A stretch of DNA of 64,000 bases, taken from NCBI GenBank assembly GCA_041650755.1, contig JBAZKN010000001.1, positions 4,387 to 68,386 on the forward strand. Direction: 5' to 3'. Below, piece after piece: positions 58,837 through 64,000 of the stretch; position 1 is the first letter of the stretch, and the number at the start of each line of letters is the position of its first letter. The notes under the pieces were generated by a model. That model searched no databases, was not told the origin of the DNA, and worked only from the letters and a program-made list of their open reading frames with translations. The position numbers were made by a program, and so were the translations under genes. Source of the stretch: Patescibacteria group bacterium (GTDB lineage: Bacteria > Patescibacteriota > Patescibacteriia > UBA1558 > GWA2-36-10).

Positions 58837-59775
58837 ATGAAAAAAATAAGATTATCCCTAACCAAAATACCTAAGCCGAATAAAAAATGGCTGGTCGCAG
58901 TTGTGATTATTATTTTATTGGCCGCTAGTCAGTGGTGGTCAATTCGTATGATTTATAATCAACAATTTAAAGGCCAAACCGCTTTGTGGTTAGCCAGGGT
59001 TTATCATTTATCAGCCGGGCAAGCCATCAAAGATGAAAAGCAGATAAAAGTCGTCCTGTATGATTATCTGATTAATAAAGATTTGGGCCAGCGCTACGTG
59101 GCTCAGCAGTTGGCCAGTGGGATGAAGCCAGGAGAAGTATTGTCAGATGAAAATATCGGTGACGCAGCTTGGCAGAAGATTTTGAAAGAGGCTTGGCTGC
59201 AAGAGATTGCCAAACAGCACGGCATTAAGGTGACCGATCAAGATGTGGCAGAATATTTGAAAGGTGTTGATGATTTGGAGGCGATGAAACAAAGCGTTAC
59301 CAATGGTCTAAAAGTCTCCTTTTCGGTTTACCAGAAATTTATTATCAAACCATTAGTGTTGGAGGCTAAAGTTTACCAATATATGCTAGAGAATTTTAAC
59401 GATATGGATGGTATAAAAAAAGCCCAGGCCGCTTATGACGCTTTAGTCAAGGAAAAAAGAGATTTCAAGGAAGTGGCCCAAGAATATTCAGACGATATGC
59501 AGTATATAGGTAACAGTTTGTTTTTAAAAGAGAGCCAGCTAAGCAATTTTGATGAACCAATAAAAAGTTTGGAGCCGGGCGGCTATAGCAGAATAGTGAT
59601 TTTGCCAGGCGATCCTGGCGCTTATGTTATTTGGCGGCTGGAGACCAAAACTACCGATCCTGAGACCCAGGAAAATATTTATGAGTTGAGGGGTATTGCA
59701 GTTGCCGCCAAAAGTATAGGCGCATTTTTCAATGATTATTTGAGTGGCGCCCAGATTAACCGATGGTATAAATGA
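58837..59775 (+). CDS. Parvulin/PpiC-type peptidyl-prolyl isomerase-like protein (PrsA/SurA-like)
   Basis: N-terminal TM anchor; C-terminal FKEVAQEYSDD...G..G parvulin-like segment. Confidence 0.5.
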   Translation: MKKIRLSLTKIPKPNKKWLVAVVIIILLAASQWWSIRMIYNQQFKGQTALWLARVYHLSAGQAIKDEKQIKVVLYDYLINKDLGQRYVAQQLASGMKPGEVLSDENIGDAAWQKILKEAWLQEIAKQHGIKVTDQDVAEYLKGVDDLEAMKQSVTNGLKVSFSVYQKFIIKPLVLEAKVYQYMLENFNDMDGIKKAQAAYDALVKEKRDFKEVAQEYSDDMQYIGNSLFLKESQLSNFDEPIKSLEPGGYSRIVILPGDPGAYVIWRLETKTTDPETQENIYELRGIAVAAKSIGAFFNDYLSGAQINRWYK

Positions 59776-60737
59776 AAAAATTCGTTCGCTTAATATTTTT
59801 ATTGTTTATCTTTTGTTTGTTCTGGCCAACGGGCAGTCAAGCAGAGTTGGAAGTGATTAATACCGATTTTTTCCATACTTTGACCAAAAACGGCATTACT
59901 ATAGATTTGGTGTCGTTTGCGCCTAGTATTAATCAATGGGTGGTGGTGATGGATGAGGTGGATGGCTATCAACAAATCGGCATTTATCCCAATAATCAGC
60001 CAGTTAGCTATACCATTAGAGCTAAGCTCGCTCTTGAATATCAGCCGTTAGACGCAGTGGAGTGGTTGGCTGCCGATGGAGTTATTATCCAGGATAAACA
60101 GATCAGGGTGCGGCCAGCGCCGATAGCCAAACAATGGGCGCAATCAGACGACGGCCAAGTAGTTTTAAATATCAAGCCAGATCAGGCCGCGATAGAATTG
60201 TTTACCGTAGACACAAGCGACCAAATTGGCTTAGCATCCGAGGTTTATAAGATTAGTAGCCAAGTGCTAAATTACCAGATAAAATTTTATTATCAGGCTG
60301 ATGACAGCATAGCTAGAACTTTATATAGCTATGATCAGGTGGGCGGAGTTTGGCAGCCGCTAAAATCTTATCATAATCCCGAAGAGAATTTTTTGACTTT
60401 AGACATCAAAAATCAGGCACAGGATTTGATTATAGCGATTGTGGCTGATGGAGAAGCTTATGATGGAGTGGCCAGCTTTTATAATCAGGCTCGTTATCGC
60501 GCCTTTAATTATAAAAATGGTAATTTCGCGGCTTCAACTATCTATCCCAAAGGCACCAAGCTGAAAGTGACCCGCATTTTGACCGGCCAATCAGTAGTGG
60601 TGACCGTCAATGATTATGGCCCAGAGTCAAGGACCGGCCGCCTGATAGATCTTGATATATCTGCCTTTAAAAAAATCGGCTCAACTAGAGCCGGAATAAT
60701 ATATGTGAGAGTGGAACCCTATGATCAAGCTAAATAA
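59772..60737 (+). CDS. RlpA-like double-psi beta-barrel (DPBB) domain protein
   Basis: C-terminal ASFYNQ...GTKLKVTRILTGQSVVVTVNDYGPESRTGRLIDLDISAFKKIG resembles RlpA DPBB. Confidence 0.7.
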   Translation: MKKFVRLIFLLFIFCLFWPTGSQAELEVINTDFFHTLTKNGITIDLVSFAPSINQWVVVMDEVDGYQQIGIYPNNQPVSYTIRAKLALEYQPLDAVEWLAADGVIIQDKQIRVRPAPIAKQWAQSDDGQVVLNIKPDQAAIELFTVDTSDQIGLASEVYKISSQVLNYQIKFYYQADDSIARTLYSYDQVGGVWQPLKSYHNPEENFLTLDIKNQAQDLIIAIVADGEAYDGVASFYNQARYRAFNYKNGNFAASTIYPKGTKLKVTRILTGQSVVVTVNDYGPESRTGRLIDLDISAFKKIGSTRAGIIYVRVEPYDQAK

Positions 60738-61401
60738 TTTATCCAAAGTCTATAAAAAGAACATTCAGGCTTTGCGCGATATCAATCTGCACATCAAGCC
60801 GGGCGAATTTGTATCAGTGGTCGGCCAAAGTGGATCAGGCAAATCTACCTTGATCAAGCTTATCATTGCTGAAGAAAAGCCAAGTTCAGGGACTATAGTA
60901 ATTGGCGGCTGGGACACTACTCATATCAAAGATAGAGAAATACCCACTCTGCGCCGGCAGCTGGGCGTGATTTTTCAGGATTTTAAACTTTTGCCCAAAA
61001 AGACAGTCTATGAAAATATAGCTTTTGCTATGGAGGTTTGCGGTTTCAAGTCAGTTGAGATCAAAAAGATTGTGCCACAAATGATGTCCTTGGTAGGGCT
61101 AAAAGACAAGGCTGATCGTTATCCGCATCAGCTGTCTGGTGGTGAACAACAACGGGTAGCCATTGCGCGCAGCCTGGTTCACAAGCCAAAATTATTGGTA
61201 GCCGATGAGCCAACAGGGAACCTAGATTCTATAAATACTCGGGAGATTATTGACTTGCTTAAAAAAATAAATAATCTAGGAACAACAGTGTTACTGGTCA
61301 CTCACAATCGAGAGGTGGTCAATAGTCTGCGCAGTCGGGTGATCACCTTAGATAGCGGATATATTATTAGTGATCAAGTTCAGGGTCGTTATCTCTTGTA
61401 G
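60721..61401 (+). CDS. ftsE: Cell-division ABC transporter ATP-binding protein
   Basis: Walker A GQSGSGKST, signature LSGGEQQRVAIARSL, Walker B LLVADEPTGNLD; followed by ftsX. Confidence 0.9.
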   Translation: MIKLNNLSKVYKKNIQALRDINLHIKPGEFVSVVGQSGSGKSTLIKLIIAEEKPSSGTIVIGGWDTTHIKDREIPTLRRQLGVIFQDFKLLPKKTVYENIAFAMEVCGFKSVEIKKIVPQMMSLVGLKDKADRYPHQLSGGEQQRVAIARSLVHKPKLLVADEPTGNLDSINTREIIDLLKKINNLGTTVLLVTHNREVVNSLRSRVITLDSGYIISDQVQGRYLL

Positions 61402-61421
61402 AAAAAAATAAAATAAAATAT

Positions 61422-62339
61422 ATGCACAGCATTGTTCGGATTATAAAATTCGCCCTGCAGGGTGTAGCCAGAAATTTTTGGTTGTCGATTGTGACTGTGA
61501 CCATGATGTTGATGGCCTTGTTTTCTGTCACCTTGCTTTTGGGTATTGATTATATCAAGCAGGCTACTATCAAGGGCATGGAGCAAAAAGTGGATATTTT
61601 GATTTCCCTGAAGCCAAATATTGATAAGGCTCGCTTAGACATACTCTATGATGACTTGAAATATTTGCCCGAAGTGCAAAAAGTCACCATCATCACTCCG
61701 GAAGAAAATAAAGCTTTGTTTGAAAAAAATAACGCCGATAGCCGCGTGCGCAAAGCGCTGGAGGTTTTTGATGCCAACGAAAACCCCTTCAGTTATTCTT
61801 TGGCGGTCAATGCTTATAATTTGGATCAATACCAAAAAATATTAGATTTTGTGAAACAAGACAAATACCAAGATTTGGTGGAGGATAGCGCCTTTCGTGA
61901 CTATGAGAGCTTTGTCAACAAGATAGATAATATTTCCAAGGCAGTGAATCGCTATAGCTGGTATATTATCTTGATATTTTTATTGATTTCGGTAGTGGTG
62001 ATTTTCAACACTATTCGTATGAGCATCTACACCCGTCGAGACGAAATTGTCATCATGAGACTAGTGGGGGCCAGCAGTTGGTTTGTGCGGGCGCCATTTT
62101 TGCTAGAAAGCATTTTGTATGCCTTGGCGGCCACACTGATATTGGTTGGCGTTGTTTATTCGGTAGTTAATTTATTACAACCATCACTCAATACCTATTT
62201 TCAGGGCGAGGCAGTAATAAATCTTTTGCAATATTTCCAGAGTAATTTCTGGTTTATCTTTGGCGGCGAGTTTATTGTTTTGGTATTTTTAAATATTGTC
62301 AGTACAGCCCTAGCTATTAGAAAATATCTTAAAGTTTAG
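61422..62339 (+). CDS. ftsX: Cell-division permease
   Basis: 4-TM topology with large extracellular loop; adjacent to ftsE. Confidence 0.85.
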   Translation: MHSIVRIIKFALQGVARNFWLSIVTVTMMLMALFSVTLLLGIDYIKQATIKGMEQKVDILISLKPNIDKARLDILYDDLKYLPEVQKVTIITPEENKALFEKNNADSRVRKALEVFDANENPFSYSLAVNAYNLDQYQKILDFVKQDKYQDLVEDSAFRDYESFVNKIDNISKAVNRYSWYIILIFLLISVVVIFNTIRMSIYTRRDEIVIMRLVGASSWFVRAPFLLESILYALAATLILVGVVYSVVNLLQPSLNTYFQGEAVINLLQYFQSNFWFIFGGEFIVLVFLNIVSTALAIRKYLKV

Positions 62340-62343
62340 AAAC

Positions 62344-62384
62344 AAAAAACCAGCCCTTAAGTTTTTGGGGCTGATTTTTTATTT
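62344..62384. terminator. Bidirectional rho-independent terminator
   Basis: CAGCCC-loop-GGGCTG flanked by A-run and T-run; between ftsX (+) and rpmA (-). Confidence 0.7.
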
Positions 62385-62386
62385 TA

Positions 62387-62665
62387 TTATTGAGGAATGA
62401 CGTCTATATAACGGGCGGTTTTTAGGGCAGAGTCAAAACGTCTTTTCTTCAAGCTGCGAAACTTGACTACTCCAGTTATTTTAGCAAATAAAGTATCGTC
62501 TTTTCCGCGTTTGACATTTAAACCAGCTTTAAACTTGGTGCCGCGTTGGCGTACCAAAATTGAGCCAGCCTTAGCTTTTTGACCAGCAAAAAGCTTGACG
62601 CCTAAGCGCTGACTTTGTGAATCTCGGCCTAAACTTGTAGAACCCTGTTGCTTCTTATGTGCCAT
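62387..62665 (-). CDS. rpmA: 50S ribosomal protein L27
   Basis: [29 protein letters not shown] matches L27 N-terminus. Confidence 0.92.
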   Translation of the reverse strand: MAHKKQQGSTSLGRDSQSQRLGVKLFAGQKAKAGSILVRQRGTKFKAGLNVKRGKDDTLFAKITGVVKFRSLKKRRFDSALKTARYIDVIPQ

Positions 62666-62755
62666 ATGGTTGGATTATTTTTACTAAAAACAGTGTTTAC
62701 CATGATACTAAAAAAAGTCCATTATGTCAATAGAAGAGAGGCTTTGGGCTATATT

Positions 62756-62902
62756 TTAAAGAGTTTTCCAGGTTTGTTTTTTGGGTACAAAATTGAGGTA
62801 TTTAAAATAGCTCATTTTGCGGGCGTATTTTCGCAAAAGTTCGTCTTCTTTATTTAAGCGCAAACGTCTATACCAATATTTTATTTTTCTTTTTGATGTC
62901 AT
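62756..62902 (-). CDS. Small basic protein (48 aa, K/R-rich), immediately downstream of lexA
   Basis: MTSKRKIKYWYRRLRLNKEDELLRKYARKMSYFKYLNFVPKKQTWKTL; ATG 5 nt after lexA stop; not in ORF track. Confidence 0.3.
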   Translation of the reverse strand: MTSKRKIKYWYRRLRLNKEDELLRKYARKMSYFKYLNFVPKKQTWKTL

Positions 62903-62907
62903 AATTT

Positions 62908-63507
62908 TTAGGCAAAGGTCCTTAAAATACCGCGTACAATACCCTGAATAGCCGGATTTTTGTCATAAATGGGCCTCATGTTATGATTGGCTGGCTGCAA
63001 GCGAATCCGATTTTTTTCGCGGTAATATTTTTTGAGGGTAGCATAGGTATTGTCTAAAAGCGCCACTACTACGTCGCCATTTTGGGGGTAATAATTTCTT
63101 TCAACAATCACATAATCGCCATCCAAGATGCCATCCTCGATCATGGAATCTCCGCGGACTTTGAGCACAAAGCTGTTTTCATCTCGTACCATGTTTTGGG
63201 GTATGGCGATGGTTTCATGCTCTTCAATGGCTTCAATTGGTTCACCGGCGGTGATTAAGCCGGCTAATGGTAACTCAATGGCCTTGCCAAAACGAAAGCT
63301 GGTGATCTCCAGAGAGCGAGCGGCTTTGTGAGTGCTGCTGATCAGGCCCTTGTCTTCCAAAGCCTTGATGTGCTCATGCACAGTAGCGGTAGAGGACAGA
63401 CCAAAGTATTCGGCAATTTCTCGATAGCTAGGTGCAAAGCCTTGGGTATTGATAAATTCTGTGACATAGTCCAGAATTTGTTTTTGTTTTTTAGTGAGGT
63501 GCGGCAT
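62908..63507 (-). CDS. lexA: LexA repressor (S24 peptidase)
   Basis: N-terminal wHTH (EIAEYFGLSSTATVHEHIKALEDKGLI), cleavage site AG, catalytic Ser in VRGDSM and Lys in C-terminal domain. Confidence 0.92.
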   Translation of the reverse strand: MPHLTKKQKQILDYVTEFINTQGFAPSYREIAEYFGLSSTATVHEHIKALEDKGLISSTHKAARSLEITSFRFGKAIELPLAGLITAGEPIEAIEEHETIAIPQNMVRDENSFVLKVRGDSMIEDGILDGDYVIVERNYYPQNGDVVVALLDNTYATLKKYYREKNRIRLQPANHNMRPIYDKNPAIQGIVRGILRTFA

Positions 63508-63578
63508 ATGTTTTGGCTTATGGCTTGTATCTTATAGTTAATAGTTTGTGGCTTATGGCTTGTGGTAGCTTGTGGCAA

Positions 63579-63619
63579 ATAGCCTATAGGTGAAATACAG
63601 GCTTATCACCATAGGCTAT
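63579..63619. promoter_or_regulatory. Imperfect palindrome ATAGCCTATAGGTGA-N12-TCACCATAGGCTAT in lexA upstream region
   Basis: 14/15-nt inverted repeat read directly; no adjacent T-run, so more likely an operator than a terminator. Confidence 0.4.
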
Positions 63620-63736
63620 ATGCCATTTGCTATAATCTAATTATATACCGAACAAAAACCGAACGTCAAGGATATGGTTGTGGATAAGTTTTTTATAATA
63701 AAAAAACCGCTAGAATCAGCAGCTTTTAAAAATATA

Positions 63737-63970
63737 TTATTGTATTGTCAGATAAAAATTTTCTTCAGGTGTCAGCACAAAAAGCCTGTCTCCCTTTTTA
63801 TTAAAAAGATAATATTTTTTCAATTGGTTATTCAAAAGCTCAATAGTGTTTCTCTGGTCGCGGCCGTCAATTTCTATCAAATAGGTTTGGCCATTGATTT
63901 CATCTATAAAATAACTGCCGTTGGGGTGCCAGAAGACATCGCTGACAACTTGGGAAGAGCGATCAACCAA
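63737..63970 (-). CDS. Hypothetical protein (77 aa, may extend beyond called start)
   Basis: Minus-strand ORF with plausible composition; overlapping plus-strand ORF looks spurious. Confidence 0.35.
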   Translation of the reverse strand: MVDRSSQVVSDVFWHPNGSYFIDEINGQTYLIEIDGRDQRNTIELLNNQLKKYYLFNKKGDRLFVLTPEENFYLTIQ

Positions 63971-64000
63971 GCTTTGCCAGTTATTTTTATAGTCATATAA

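Noticed and set aside
63674-64000. 108-aa plus-strand ORF at window end
   Set aside because: Its Ile/Phe/Lys-rich product looks like AT-rich noise and it overlaps a more protein-like minus-strand ORF. The window edge prevents resolution.

Overview
This is an AT-rich, gene-dense bacterial chromosome segment. Composition, compact operons and many lineage-specific secreted/membrane proteins suggest a small-genome Patescibacteria/CPR-like organism (inference, not proven). No CRISPR array or rRNA gene was seen.

Genes in order:
- A copper-handling locus: copA (P1B-ATPase), a DsbD_2-like permease fused to a cupredoxin-like domain, and copZ.
- A fused ABC exporter and a large secreted protein.
- A MEMO–CapA fusion protein.
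- A Cys-rich small protein followed by an ABC-2 exporter pair.
- A GC-rich small hydrophobic peptide gene bounded by a promoter and a terminator.
- A zinc-ribbon protein, an SDR oxidoreductase and two hypothetical proteins.
- A ~390-nt GC-rich structured RNA with its own promoter and terminator, read here as RNase P RNA, directly upstream of trpS.
- A NuoF-like flavoprotein plus [FeFe]-hydrogenase HydA.
- A GC-rich two-gene module on the minus strand.
- asnS, then tRNA-Thr(CGU), then a short-form aspS.
- Two promoter/terminator-bounded small-RNA candidates.
- scpA, scpB, rluB, a DacA-like carboxypeptidase, tpiA, a class II aldolase and a TPR protein.
- tRNA-Tyr and tRNA-Thr(GGU).

tRNA-Thr(GGU) is the insertion site of a ~14.3 kb integrative island (29281–43559). 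It has a 46-bp direct repeat of the tRNA 3' end and two tyrosine integrases. Its cargo:
- Three unknown proteins, one of them 993 aa.
- A Nudix hydrolase.
- A sharply GC-rich, tightly coupled five-gene operon: SAM-methyltransferase, Gfo/Idh/MocA dehydrogenase, phosphopentomutase-like mutase, DegT aminotransferase and a GT2 glycosyltransferase.

That operon is the strongest candidate for a horizontally acquired, undescribed amino-sugar/aminonucleoside-type modification system.

Downstream of the island:
- A CAP-domain surface protein.
- Two secreted proteins with dockerin-like repeats and a shared C-terminal domain.
- mutM, a GC-rich membrane protein and a giant 1396-aa protein.
- dus, corA, an ftsB-like gene, a PPIase-like gene, an RlpA-like gene, ftsE/ftsX, rpmA and lexA.
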